A stretch of DNA of 63,238 nt, the filler included, from Chthonomonadaceae bacterium (GTDB lineage: Bacteria; Armatimonadota; Chthonomonadetes; Chthonomonadales; Chthonomonadaceae): assembly GCA_035650735.1 (NCBI GenBank). It is 3 parts of 3 records of this genome, joined end to end, with 100 filler letters (N's around TTAATTAATTAA, not from the genome) between each part and the next. Parts side by side here need not be neighbours in the genome. Positions count along the whole stretch, not along the records: positions 31,595 to 59,549 come from DASRGZ010000128.1; 2 more parts are not named here. One strand, given 5' to 3'. Under the pieces are notes generated by a model, which saw only the letters and a list, made by a program, of their open reading frames with translations, had not been told where the DNA came from and did not search any database. A program made the position numbers and the translations under genes. Position 1 is the first letter of the stretch. Every line of letters starts with the position of its first letter. This document shows, one piece after another, positions 39,645-49,389 of this stretch.

Positions 39645-39751
39645 TAACTCAAGTTGCTACCTTGCCTCTTCGAGAAGGCAAACGGTGATGCAAAAGCCGG
39701 TTTCCAGAGCGATTCTCTCTCAAACGTGTTCCTAGGTAGCAACTTGGGTTA
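39645..39751. mobile_element. 107-bp MITE-like element with 18-bp terminal inverted repeats
   Basis: TAACTCAAGTTGCTACCT ... AGGTAGCAACTTGGGTTA (1 mismatch). Confidence 0.55.
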
Positions 39752-39806
39752 CATAGTCACGGGGCGTGCGGAGAAACATCGACACGCCGCGGATAGTGTC
39801 TAAAAA

Positions 39807-39848
39807 CAGAGCGGGCGGGAAACCGCTCCGGGTCTTCCCGCCCGCTCT
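39807..39848. terminator. GC-rich hairpin between convergent genes
   Basis: AGAGCGGGCGGGAA...TTCCCGCCCGCTCT; AAAAAC to the left gives a U-tract on the minus strand. Confidence 0.65.
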
Positions 39849-39957
39849 TGCTCTCCTTGCGGTTTTCAACCGCTCACAGTTTGTTTGCTTGTTTGCCTGT
39901 TTGTTTGTTTGTTACAATCCTCACCCAGCCTTCGGGCCGGGTGCTATATGCAGTCTC

Positions 39958-40485
39958 TTAGAACTGCATGCCAATGGTCAGGCTGTAGCCGTCCAATTCA
40001 TCATCGGTGCCGGTGACAAAGTAGTAGCGCAGGTCGGCGCTGAGCGGGTTCCTGCCATGCGTGAACTGGTATCCCACCAGCAGCAGGATGGTGGCGCCGG
40101 TAAAGCCCCCGCCGCCGATGCGCCTGCCGAAGGCATACCCTGCGCCAAAGCCGTAGCGGAGATTGTTCACGTGGACGATGCCCGTCGCGGTAATCGGCAC
40201 GGCATAGATATCCGTCGTGCCGTTGTAGCCGATGCCGATGTTGAGGTCCCATTGAGGCGCCCGGTAGACCGTGCGCTCGGCAATGGCGCTTAAGCCGACC
40301 GTGCTAGATGCCGCCCGGGTTGCATGCATCTGCGGGATGAACATCCCGATGCGCAGGTTCCAGTCGCGCGTAAGATCACCCTGATCCTGGTCTGTCTGGG
40401 CGCGGACCGCGCCGGACAACAGCAGCAGGCAGGCGCCCAGCGTCAGCAGCCAGGCGGCACTCCAGACCGTTCCAATGCGTTTCAC
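39958..40485 (-). CDS. Small outer-membrane beta-barrel-like protein
   Basis: GTG start with AGGAGG RBS; signal peptide; alternating beta-strands; terminal YSLTIGMQF. Confidence 0.7.
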   Translation of the reverse strand: MKRIGTVWSAAWLLTLGACLLLLSGAVRAQTDQDQGDLTRDWNLRIGMFIPQMHATRAASSTVGLSAIAERTVYRAPQWDLNIGIGYNGTTDIYAVPITATGIVHVNNLRYGFGAGYAFGRRIGGGGFTGATILLLVGYQFTHGRNPLSADLRYYFVTGTDDELDGYSLTIGMQF

Positions 40486-40682
40486 GTAGCGTCCTCCTTC
40501 TTTTGAGGGTAGTAGTGGTCCGATGCGCTCATGTCTAAGCGCGGTCACGGCGCAGAAGGCAGGACGCTGCGTCCAGACGTTACCAGTGCCGCCTTCCACG
40601 CCAAACGTTCCTTCTTTCGCGGCTAATTTCCGTAATTTTACCAATAATTCCTGCTCGGTTCGTAGCCTTACCAAAAAATAGA

Positions 40683-40792
40683 GCCTAAACGCAATGTTTT
40701 GCTAATTCTCCATAGATAACCTCTGCCGCGCCCGTGTACCGATGGCGTAGAGAAAGGCCTAAACGCAATGTTTTGCAAGTTATCCATAGATA
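40683..40792. repeat. 36-bp direct repeat pair separated by 38 bp
   Basis: GCCTAAACGCAATGTTTTGC(TAATTCT/AAGTTAT)CCATAGATA at 40683-40718 and 40757-40792 (3 mismatches). Confidence 0.9.
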
Positions 40793-40805
40793 GAGGAGCG
40801 ATGAC

Positions 40806-41510
40806 ATGCCAGAGAATTGGGAGAAGATCGGGCATCGGGGAGCGCCACGCGCATTTCCCGGTAATACGATACGCAGCTTCCAGCGCGCGGTAGAGCTGGG
40901 CTGCACGATGGTCGAGTGCGACGTTCGGCGGGCAGCCGACGGTGTGCTCGTGCTGGCCCATGACCCCGACGTGAGCGACAGGCAGGGACGGCGTTACCGG
41001 ATTGCCGAGCGATCCAGCGCCGACCTGCGGGCGCTGGATCTGGGCGCTGGCGAAGGCGTGCCGACGCTGGCAGAGTTGGTCGCCTGGGCGCAAGGGCGCT
41101 GCGCCGTGATGGCCGATATGAAGTGCGAGGGCGACGAGGTAGAGGCTAAAGTTGTGCAAGCCCTGACGCTCCTACCGTATCAGGCCAAGATCGTTGCCGG
41201 CGCGGGAGAGGCCAGCCGCCGCCGCTTCCGTGATTTAGACCCGGCCCTGCCGCTCTCCCTCTCGCTGGGCGCTGCCGATCACTATCTGCTCGACGACGCC
41301 GAGTTCGCGCGCCTGCTGCTTACCCTGGATACGGAGGCCGTCACCTGGATCTACCCGATGCTCACCGCCTCCCGCATTGCCATCCTGCACACGCGCGGCC
41401 TGCGCGTCTACGCCTGGACGGTGGACGATTTGCCGACCATGCGCCACCTGCTGGATATGGATGTAGACGGCATCATCAGCAATCGTGCCGATCTCCTGCA
41501 ACTCCTTTAA
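40806..41510 (+). CDS. Glycerophosphodiester phosphodiesterase
   Basis: IGHRGA, GNT, ECDV, HD, VPTLAE, AWTVDD, VDGIISN. Confidence 0.92.
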   Translation: MPENWEKIGHRGAPRAFPGNTIRSFQRAVELGCTMVECDVRRAADGVLVLAHDPDVSDRQGRRYRIAERSSADLRALDLGAGEGVPTLAELVAWAQGRCAVMADMKCEGDEVEAKVVQALTLLPYQAKIVAGAGEASRRRFRDLDPALPLSLSLGAADHYLLDDAEFARLLLTLDTEAVTWIYPMLTASRIAILHTRGLRVYAWTVDDLPTMRHLLDMDVDGIISNRADLLQLL

Positions 41511-41528
41511 GCCCCGGAGGGCAGATAC

Positions 41529-42158
41529 TCAGACGCGCACCAGACCGCGCTTCACCGCCGCGATCACCGCCTGCGTCCGATCATTGACGGCCAGCTTGCT
41601 GAGAATGTTGGTCACATGCGTCTTGACCGTGCCTTCGGAAATATGCAAGGCGGCTCCTATCTCCTCGTTGCTCTTGCCCTGGGCCATCTGGTGCAGCACC
41701 TCCAATTCCCGGGCGGTCAGCTCGCGCGCGGGCAGGCGCTCGGCCAGCTTGGCAGCCACATCGGCAGGAATGCGCTTCTGCCCGGCATAGACGGCGCGAA
41801 TGGCCTCCACAAGCTCCCGACCAGGCGCGGCCTTTAACAAGTATCCGCGCGCGCCCGCCTGCAGGCTGCGAAAAATATCTTCTTCCGTCTGGTAGGTCGT
41901 CAGTACGAGGATGCGCGCGGAAGGAGACTCGGCACGAATGGCCTTGATCGCCTCGGTTCCATCTATCTCCGGCATCACCAGATCCATCAGGGTGACATCC
42001 GGGTGATAGCGGCGAAACAGTTCCACGGCTTCGCGCCCGTTTTCCGCCTGCGCCACCACCTCCATGTCGGGCCGCAAACCGATCAGAGCGGCCAGCCCCA
42101 TGCGCACAACAGGATGGTCATCGGCAATTAAAATGCGTATCGGCTTCTCCCCTCTCAT
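41529..42158 (-). CDS. NarL/LuxR-family response regulator
   Basis: IADDHPVVR, LMDLVMP, LTARELEVL, TVKTHVTNILSKL. Confidence 0.96.
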   Translation of the reverse strand: MRGEKPIRILIADDHPVVRMGLAALIGLRPDMEVVAQAENGREAVELFRRYHPDVTLMDLVMPEIDGTEAIKAIRAESPSARILVLTTYQTEEDIFRSLQAGARGYLLKAAPGRELVEAIRAVYAGQKRIPADVAAKLAERLPARELTARELEVLHQMAQGKSNEEIGAALHISEGTVKTHVTNILSKLAVNDRTQAVIAAVKRGLVRV

Positions 42159-43924
42159 GATCCCTGCTCTCCCGCCGTGGGAACCGGTATCGTGGCGATC
42201 ACCTCTGTTCCCCTCTCCGGTTGGCTGTTGATCTGCAAACTTCCTCCGCTCTGCTGGGCGCGTTCGCGCATCCCGACCAGACCGAACGTGCTGCCAGGCG
42301 TCGGCGTGCCCGCTACAAACCCGACGCCGTTGTCCCGCACGCGCAACTGCACCTGGCCCGGCTCATAGGCCAATTCCATCTGTATCTGCGTGGCGCGGGC
42401 ATGCCGCAGGGCGTTGGTGAGCGCCTCCTGGGCGATGCGGAGTAGATTGCTCTCGACTTCGTAGGGCAAGAGGCGAGAGGCGCCGCGCAGATGAAAGGAG
42501 ACCGGCACTGGGGTCGTGCCGGTTATCGCCTCGGCCAGACGCGCCAGCGCCTCGGCCAGAGTCGCCCCTTCCAGGGGATGAGGACGCAGGGCCTGCACGG
42601 AGCGGCGCGCGGCCTCCAGGCTCTCGCCGGCCAGCTTGCGGGCCAAGTCGAGGTGGGATCGGGCCTGTTCCGGCGTTGCCGTCAAAAGCTCTTCGGCAAC
42701 CTCGAGTTGGATCATGATCCCAGTCAGGCCCTGCGCCAGCGTATCGTGAATCTCGCGCGCGATGCGGTTGCGTTCTGCCAGGACGGCAAACTGGCGCTCC
42801 TGCTCAGCGATCTTGGCGTAGGCGCGCAGCCGCTCCTCTTCCGCCTGTCGGCGCTCGGTCATGTTGCGCATGATTTTGACGAAGCCGCGCAGGCTGCCCT
42901 GGGCATCCCGCATCGCCATCATCGTGCCCATCACCCACAGCCGGCTTTGATCCTTGCGCATGTGCCAGCGGTCGTCGGAGGATTTGCCCTCGCGGGTGGC
43001 CTGTTCCATCTCGCGCTCCGGTAGATGCTGCTCTCTATCCTCCGGGGTGAAGAGCACGGAGCCGTGCTGTCCGAGGATCTCCTCGGCCCGGTAGCCCAGT
43101 ATCCGCTCCGCGCCCGGGTTCCAGTCGATGATATTGCCGGCAGCATCAAACATAATGATCGCATAGTCCCGGATGCTCTCCATCATCAGGCGGAGGCGAT
43201 CCTGGCTTTCCCGCAGGGCCTCCTCGGCCTGCTGACGCTCACGGATCTCCTGCTGCGCCTGCTCACGCGCGCGCCGCTCCGTATCATAAAGGTGCGCCCG
43301 CTCCAGCGCCAGGCCGCATATGCGGGCGATGGTCTGCATAAACTGGCGCTCTTCGGCATCAAAGGCACGCTCTGTCGGAAAGCTCAGCCCGATGGCGCCC
43401 AAAATGCTTTGGTCGAGCAGCGGCAGGACGACTATCGCGCCGCTACCGCTCCCTAAAACGCCGACCTGGACCATCTGCGGGTAGCGCGCCTTTCGCTCCG
43501 CCTGCGTCTGCAGGAAAATGGGCTCCCGCGTCCTGAGGGCATCGGCGATGGGCGTGGGGGCGTCTGCTGGATAACGCTCCTGGGCCTGGAGGCGCTCCTG
43601 CGGAACGCCGATGGCGCGCACGGTAACGATCTCGTTCCTATCCTCGCTCAGCAGGGACACGACGCCCGCATTGGCGGAGAGCGCCTCCAGCCCCTCCGTA
43701 AGCATCACGTCCACCACCTGATCGACGGTCAGCGCCCTGGGCAGAGCCAGGGACAGCGTTTGCAGGCGATCTAGGCGCTCCGTAACGCGCGCGGCCGGCC
43801 GCTGCGCTTCCTGTTCTCCCTCCGGGAAGCGGCGCAGAACCTCCTCCAATGCGCCTACCTTGCCCGGAGACGCTCCCCGATTGGCTTCCGACTGCGATTC
43901 GCCTGCCGATTCCTCCGGGCACAT
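42155..43924 (-). CDS. Sensor histidine kinase (GAF-PAS-HisKA_3-HATPase)
   Basis: WNPGAERILGY PAS; ERNRIAREIHDTLAQ; QEALTNALRHA; DNGVGF; GLVGMRER; overlaps the regulator start. Confidence 0.95.
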   Translation of the reverse strand: MCPEESAGESQSEANRGASPGKVGALEEVLRRFPEGEQEAQRPAARVTERLDRLQTLSLALPRALTVDQVVDVMLTEGLEALSANAGVVSLLSEDRNEIVTVRAIGVPQERLQAQERYPADAPTPIADALRTREPIFLQTQAERKARYPQMVQVGVLGSGSGAIVVLPLLDQSILGAIGLSFPTERAFDAEERQFMQTIARICGLALERAHLYDTERRAREQAQQEIRERQQAEEALRESQDRLRLMMESIRDYAIIMFDAAGNIIDWNPGAERILGYRAEEILGQHGSVLFTPEDREQHLPEREMEQATREGKSSDDRWHMRKDQSRLWVMGTMMAMRDAQGSLRGFVKIMRNMTERRQAEEERLRAYAKIAEQERQFAVLAERNRIAREIHDTLAQGLTGIMIQLEVAEELLTATPEQARSHLDLARKLAGESLEAARRSVQALRPHPLEGATLAEALARLAEAITGTTPVPVSFHLRGASRLLPYEVESNLLRIAQEALTNALRHARATQIQMELAYEPGQVQLRVRDNGVGFVAGTPTPGSTFGLVGMRERAQQSGGSLQINSQPERGTEVIATIPVPTAGEQGS

Positions 43925-44302
43925 CCTCGTTTCCTCCTGCGAAGCCTGCGAAAGTTAGTCTACACTCTTATAGAGCCGCCAGTTAAACATTGGATAAATG
44001 GTGAGATGGGCACGTGCGGTGGATTGTACAACTTTTAAACGATTTGTCTATTGGCATACGCTGAAAGTTCCGGGATTTTCTCGATCCAAAGAACAGAAAA
44101 ATCTATATCGCAGGCAGGAACCGACATCTTAGCTCCGGTGTTATAATGGTAGCGCAGCAAGCTCAACGGCGAGCATTTCAAGAGAGGCGCAGCCCGATAC
44201 GATCCGGACGCTCCACAGGCAGGCGGCGTCCCCTGCTTTCTCCTGGAGGTCGAACGCTTTGAGCGTGCTTAGCGCTCCTAACAAAACCTGGCCGTAAGGC
44301 GT

Positions 44303-44445
44303 TATCCTCACTCCCTTCCCCTCTCTCACGTTGCGGGAGAGGGGAAGGGAGAAGCCGGGTTCTCCCCTCCTCCCCGGCCCTTCTCCCTGCAAGGGAGAAG
44401 GGGAAGGAGAAGTCCTCACTCCGGCCCTCTTCCGGCAAGGGAGGA
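44303..44445. repeat. REP hairpin mosaic
   Basis: CCCTTCCCCTCTC...GAGAGGGGAAGGG; CCCTTCTCCC-TGCAA-GGGAGAAGGG. Confidence 0.8.
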
Positions 44446-44510
44446 GAACGGTTTGATTGGGCGCTCTTAAATCCGTTTCCCTGGATGGAAACGTCAAGGA
44501 GTCTGGAAGG

Positions 44511-44735
44511 ATGTCATACCGATCGTTGTTGGATAAGAATGGGGAATGGGAGGTCAGACTCTATCTGGCGGGCCAGCGCGTTCCGCCGGGCCTCTATCAG
44601 CAGCTCGGAAGCGGGCGGGAAGTCTATCTGCTGGACGAGGACGTTCTGCCGGCCAGTCTGGATGGGCGCGTTGCCTGCTATCGGCGCATCGAGCATAGCT
44701 GGGGGCAGCGGGAACATCAGGGCAGGGAGCGCTAA
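44511..44735 (+). CDS. Small hypothetical protein
   Basis: MSYRSLLDK...LYLAGQRVPPGLY...DVLPASLDGRVACY; RBS upstream; 3 bp from next gene. Confidence 0.65.
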   Translation: MSYRSLLDKNGEWEVRLYLAGQRVPPGLYQQLGSGREVYLLDEDVLPASLDGRVACYRRIEHSWGQREHQGRER

Positions 44736-44738
44736 ACG

Positions 44739-45014
44739 ATGGCGGCCAGAGCGACATGGAAACCCTATCCGGCGCTTGGCGAGATCAAAGAAGAAGACTT
44801 GCCCGATAGCGCCTTCGCCTTTCCCAGACAGCGCAAGGAGCCGCTGATAGACGTGCATCATCTTACGCAGGCGCTCCTGCACTTTCCTCAGGTGGATGGC
44901 GTCTCCGATGCCGACCGCGAGGTTGCCTTTGCCAATATCAAAAAAGCGGCCCGTTATTATGGCATTGGCATTCCAGACAAGGACTGGCACGATCTCATTG
45001 ACAGAGGCGCCTAG
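44739..45014 (+). CDS. DUF6582-like small protein
   Basis: DLPDSAFAFPRQRKEPL...FPQVDGVSDADREVAFANIKKAARYYGI. Confidence 0.75.
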   Translation: MAARATWKPYPALGEIKEEDLPDSAFAFPRQRKEPLIDVHHLTQALLHFPQVDGVSDADREVAFANIKKAARYYGIGIPDKDWHDLIDRGA

Positions 45015-45183
45015 CTTGCTCTTGCCTAGATTAACCGTATCCCTGAGGGCGCTTTTCTGTTGGAATCATCGGGCGTCCTTTATCCTGGCCCAGACATAAG
45101 CAAAACGGCGCAGGGCGGTGTGAGAAAATGCTCTCCACACCGCCCTGTTCGCGTCAGGCAGCTTTTTCATGAGAAATTCCAAT

Positions 45184-47751
45184 CTATTCCTCGCCGGGCG
45201 GGGCGCGATGCAGGCGGCAGCGGCCCAATCGCCGCGCCTGGCGGCGGGTCATGCGCACCAGCTTGGTGGCATCGCAAAATTCGTTGGCGCGCTGCTCTGA
45301 GTCAACGCAGATACGCACCGTTACCATATCGTCGCTGGCTGGTGCGCGCGTCGGGGCCGGATGGGGCGGCGGCGTGGCAGGACGTGCAGCTATCGGGCGC
45401 ATGACCGGTGTCGGCTGGCTGGCCGGCGCGCTGGCGCGCAATCCGCCGCCAGTGGGCGCTGCAACGGAGGCCGCAGCCGAGCGGGAAGGGGGAATCGGCA
45501 CCGTCTGGCGGACAGGCGGCGCGGCGGCGGCAGGCAAGCTGGGCGGCGGCGCGGGAGCAGGCGGGGCGGTCTCCGGCGCTGCCTGCGGCTCACTGGCATT
45601 GGATGCGCTCTCAGGAGTTGCCTCATCCAGCGGCGGCGCCTCATTGGAAGCAAGACGCCGGTATCCGTCCTTTTGCTCCGCCTCCGTCACCTCGGTCTGC
45701 TTCTTGGGCTTGGGCTTGGCTTTCTGCTTGTTGGCGTTCTCTCCGGGCGCGAAGGGATCGCTGTGCGGGGCCAGGGCGATGGCCTGCGGCGGCCTAAATT
45801 TGCGCTCCTCCGGCACGGCCTTGATCATGAAATCGTGCCAGATGGGCGCGCACAGGACGCCGCCGGTGGCGCCTGGCATCTGAGCATAGGTGATCCCGTG
45901 CTTCGAGCGGTGCACGCTGGCCACCCAGATCACCGTGGTCAGCTCCGGCGTATACCCGGCAAACCAGGCGTCGCGGTTGTCGCTGGTGGTGCCGGTCTTG
46001 CCGTGCGCGCCCGGCACGATGCCGTTCTCCTCGGTGCCCCGCGCCCGGGTGCCGGTGCCGCTGGTGACGACCGCCTCCAGCGCCGTGTTCATCTGATCGA
46101 GGGTCTTGGACTTGAGGATGTTGGTCTTGACGATCTGAGGCGTGTGCTCTTCAATGAGATTGCCGTCGGCGTCTGTGACGCGCACGATCGCCATCGGCTG
46201 GAGGCGGTTGCCCTTGGCCGGGAACACCGAATAGGCCGAGCAGAGGTCAATGGGGCGCACGGCGGAGGCGCCCAGCGCCGTCGGCAGGTAGGGGGCCAGC
46301 TCCGTGGTGATGCCCATGCGGTGCGCATAATCAATGACCGTGCGGATGCCCACCTTCCGGGCGACCTGAACGGCGATGGTGTTCATCGAGTGCTTGATTC
46401 CGGTCAGGCAGTCCACCGCGCCATAGGAGTATTTGCCGCTGTAGTTCTTAACGACCCGGTGCTTGGGGTCGTTCGGATAGGGTATCGGCTCATCCATGAA
46501 GGTGGAGTCGAGGGTGGCAGCACCGGTGTCGAAGGCGGCGGAATAGTCGAAGACCTTAAAGGTGGAACCGGGCTGGCGCTTGCCCTGGGTGATGGCGTTG
46601 TACTGATCGGCATGGAAGCTGCGCCCGCCCACCAGCGCGCGGATATAGCCGGTATTGTTGTCCAGGGAGATGAGCGCGCCCTGGTTGGCTCCCTGCCCCG
46701 AGGCGTTGGCCAGCCCGCCCAACAGCGCGCGCTCGGCCATCTGCTGCAACTTGTAGTTGAGCGTGGTTTCGATGCGCAGGCCGGAGTAGACGAAATCGGC
46801 GCCGTAGCGCTGGATCAGGTCGTTGAGGACATAGGTGGTGAAGTGAGGCGCCTTAAAGTCGAAGCTTCGGCGCTGGCGCTGCTTGAGGATGTGCGGCTTT
46901 TCGGCCAGGGCTTTGCGGTACTGATCCCGGTTGATATAGCCATAGGTCAGCATCCGCTCCAGCACGTCGTTGCGGCGTCGGAGGGCGGCATCGAGATTTT
47001 CAAACGGCGAATATTCCGAGGGCCTTTGCGGCAGCCCGGCCAGCAAGGCGGCCTGGGCGAGATCGAGCTTAGAGACAGGCTTGCCGAAGTAGGTTTTGGC
47101 GGCGGCCTGGATGCCGTAGGCGCCCCCGCCGTAGTAGACGTTATTCAGATAGAGCTGGAGGATCTCCGGCTTGGAATAGACCTGCTCCAGGCGCAGCGCG
47201 TAGATCGCTTCCTTGAGCTTGCGCTCGATCTTTTTTTCCTTGGTGATGCCAAACTGCTGGATATTGCGGACGACCTGCTGGGTCAGGGTGCTGCCGCCCT
47301 GCCGCACGCTATCGCCCCCCCGCACGTTGGCCCAGGCCGCGCGCGCAATGCCCTGGAAATCCACGCCATTATGCTCGTAGAAGCGGTGATCTTCGATGGC
47401 AATGGTGGCGTTGATGACGTTTTTGGGAACCTCGGTCAGCGTCACGGGCTGGCGGTTGACGACATCAAGCTTGCCAAGCAGCACGCCATCGTTGGACCAG
47501 ATCGTGGTGGCGACGGGGGCACGGACGTCCATTGCCAGCTCTTCGACTTTCGGCAGGTTCGTGGAGTAGTTCCAGAAGACCATCAGCAGAAAGACGAGCG
47601 CAATGGCGACCGCCGCTTCCAAAAGCAGGAACGAGAGGGCGAAGAGGGTCTTGAATCTTCTTCTCCAACGGATGCGCCGGACCTCAGGCCGTGTGCGAGG
47701 CCGTGAGGCAGACAACGCGCCTTCAGCAGCGCGGGGGACACGTTTCGTCAT
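45184..47751 (-). CDS. Class A penicillin-binding protein (PBP1A family)
   Basis: EDHRFYEHNG, QGGSTLTQQ, RKLKE transglycosylase motifs; STFK, SMN, KTG transpeptidase motifs; Pro-rich tail; start re-assigned to ATG 47751. Confidence 0.95.
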   Translation of the reverse strand: MTKRVPRAAEGALSASRPRTRPEVRRIRWRRRFKTLFALSFLLLEAAVAIALVFLLMVFWNYSTNLPKVEELAMDVRAPVATTIWSNDGVLLGKLDVVNRQPVTLTEVPKNVINATIAIEDHRFYEHNGVDFQGIARAAWANVRGGDSVRQGGSTLTQQVVRNIQQFGITKEKKIERKLKEAIYALRLEQVYSKPEILQLYLNNVYYGGGAYGIQAAAKTYFGKPVSKLDLAQAALLAGLPQRPSEYSPFENLDAALRRRNDVLERMLTYGYINRDQYRKALAEKPHILKQRQRRSFDFKAPHFTTYVLNDLIQRYGADFVYSGLRIETTLNYKLQQMAERALLGGLANASGQGANQGALISLDNNTGYIRALVGGRSFHADQYNAITQGKRQPGSTFKVFDYSAAFDTGAATLDSTFMDEPIPYPNDPKHRVVKNYSGKYSYGAVDCLTGIKHSMNTIAVQVARKVGIRTVIDYAHRMGITTELAPYLPTALGASAVRPIDLCSAYSVFPAKGNRLQPMAIVRVTDADGNLIEEHTPQIVKTNILKSKTLDQMNTALEAVVTSGTGTRARGTEENGIVPGAHGKTGTTSDNRDAWFAGYTPELTTVIWVASVHRSKHGITYAQMPGATGGVLCAPIWHDFMIKAVPEERKFRPPQAIALAPHSDPFAPGENANKQKAKPKPKKQTEVTEAEQKDGYRRLASNEAPPLDEATPESASNASEPQAAPETAPPAPAPPPSLPAAAAPPVRQTVPIPPSRSAAASVAAPTGGGLRASAPASQPTPVMRPIAARPATPPPHPAPTRAPASDDMVTVRICVDSEQRANEFCDATKLVRMTRRQARRLGRCRLHRAPPGEE

Positions 47752-47757
47752 ATTGTA

Positions 47758-47793
47758 ATTATAGGACGAAATAGGTCTACTGTCAAGTAGACC
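47758..47793 (-). promoter_or_regulatory. Consensus sigma-70 promoter (leaderless) with palindrome centred on the -35
   Basis: Minus strand TTGACA(47786-47781)-17 bp-TATAAT(47763-47758), 6 nt before the ATG; GGTCTAC-N6-GTAGACC at 47774-47793. Confidence 0.8.
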
Positions 47794-47926
47794 GGCCTCC
47801 GGCACGCAAGAAAATATGGGAAAGCCGGGTCCCCCTTCCCTGCCGCGTTAGCGGCGAATCTAGGAAGGGGGACGGGGGATTAAGTCTATTGGGGGTGAGG
47901 TTACGTCCGTAGGTTCGATTCTTGCC

Positions 47927-48472
47927 CTACCGAACATGCACGCTCATGTCTTTATCCACGGTGACGGTCGTCTTATCGCCTGGCTTGATATGCACCTTCT
48001 TGCCGACGATGAAGTAGCCTGCCGCCAGGCCAAGCGGCCCAAGAATGGCCGCGCCGCCTATCGTGGCGCCCGCCGCTTCACCCGTGCGGTTGCTTACCTC
48101 CTGGCCTTTGGTGTGGAAGCCCACCGGAGCCCTCTTGCCATCCACGGTGCGGATGGGGGAGATTTTCAACTGGATACGCGCGTTCACGCCATAATGGCCG
48201 CGCTTGTTCACTTTCGTCACCGTGCCCGTCGTCGGCGTTCCTGCGGCAATGACGGTCTTACCATCCACCTGCACCGGCGTTTCGACATGTAATCGTACCG
48301 TATCGCCGGGCTTGGCCGTCTCCGACCGCAGCGGCGCATCGAAAACAAGGTGTACATCGGTGCCCTTCTTCAGTACCACGTTTTCCGCGACCGCCGGGGA
48401 AGCCATCACCACCCCGAAGGCAAATGCGGTCACCAGGCTCGCAAGCCGCATGCTCAGACTGCGTTGTATCAT
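47927..48472 (-). CDS. Secreted hypothetical protein (TrbI-like beta-rich, glycine-zipper segment)
   Basis: Signal peptide; LRSETAKPGD, VIAAGT, GATIGGAAILG. Confidence 0.7.
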   Translation of the reverse strand: MIQRSLSMRLASLVTAFAFGVVMASPAVAENVVLKKGTDVHLVFDAPLRSETAKPGDTVRLHVETPVQVDGKTVIAAGTPTTGTVTKVNKRGHYGVNARIQLKISPIRTVDGKRAPVGFHTKGQEVSNRTGEAAGATIGGAAILGPLGLAAGYFIVGKKVHIKPGDKTTVTVDKDMSVHVR

Positions 48473-48743
48473 TTCGACTCCCTTTTCCTCCTTCTCGACT
48501 GGGTCTTGAGTAGAGGACGCCAAAGCGAGCGTGCGTGTTCCCGAAATGCCATTGAGACCAGGGAATGTGGGCGAGCGCTTTCCAGGCCGGTCCGCGAATA
48601 TATCCGGTACGAATGCCTGCGGCCAGTCGGCTGCTGGACCAGAGCCGGCCCTTTAGAGGCCCGATGTAGGAATGGACAACCCAGCGATTTTCTCGCTGCA
48701 CGATGGCGCTAAGGCCGGAGGACTTAAGCGCTAGGGTTTGCCC

Positions 48744-49340
48744 TTACCTGTTGTTTTTGTCTTTCCTATGGTTCTCTAGAATGCCGAGCACGCCTCTGCG
48801 CCCATATTTTGCCAGGTCGCCCGGATGATAGTTGGGCAGGATGCGGAAGCCGAGCCGCTTCATCAGGTTGATGCTGTTGAGATTGAGCGGGCTGACGGCG
48901 TTAATAATGCGATGGATGCCCAGGCAGGCAAAGCCCTCCGCGATCAACGCCTTGCCCGCTTCCGTTGCGTATCCCTGTTTCCAGTAGGGCCTCCCGAGGG
49001 CATAGGTCAACTCCACTTCCACCACGTTGGGATTGCACCCGACCGGGCTGGAGCCATTCTCGAAGACGATATAGCTCGTATCCTCGTCGGGAGTGTAGCG
49101 CTGGAAGCCCATCAGGCCCATCAGTGCCTTATCCTCCTTACGCAGCAGGGCGCGGAAGCCGAACCCATCCTCGGCGTGCCAGAGCTTGCTGGTAGAGAAG
49201 CGCCGTCGGAACGCCTCTGGCGTCTCCCGCGCGTCCGACCATGCATCCCGCACTTCGAAATCCGCATATACCAGGCAGTAGAGTTCGTCCACATCCGTTG
49301 CGAAGAATGGACGTATAAGCAGCCGTTCGGTTTCTATCAT
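48744..49340 (-). CDS. RimJ/RimL-type GNAT acetyltransferase
   Basis: IETERLLIRPF; YWKQGYATEA; NLNSINLMKRLGF. Confidence 0.9.
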   Translation of the reverse strand: MIETERLLIRPFFATDVDELYCLVYADFEVRDAWSDARETPEAFRRRFSTSKLWHAEDGFGFRALLRKEDKALMGLMGFQRYTPDEDTSYIVFENGSSPVGCNPNVVEVELTYALGRPYWKQGYATEAGKALIAEGFACLGIHRIINAVSPLNLNSINLMKRLGFRILPNYHPGDLAKYGRRGVLGILENHRKDKNNR

Positions 49341-49389
49341 GTGTTGTTGTCGCCTTTGACAATGGTTATTTAAAGGGGGTTAGGCGCTC

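Noticed and set aside
39879..39913. (TTTG)n-like tract
   Set aside because: Short, imperfect, between convergent gene ends; no basis for phase variation
44141..44290. Possible ncRNA after TATAAT at 44142
   Set aside because: No recognisable family or convincing structure
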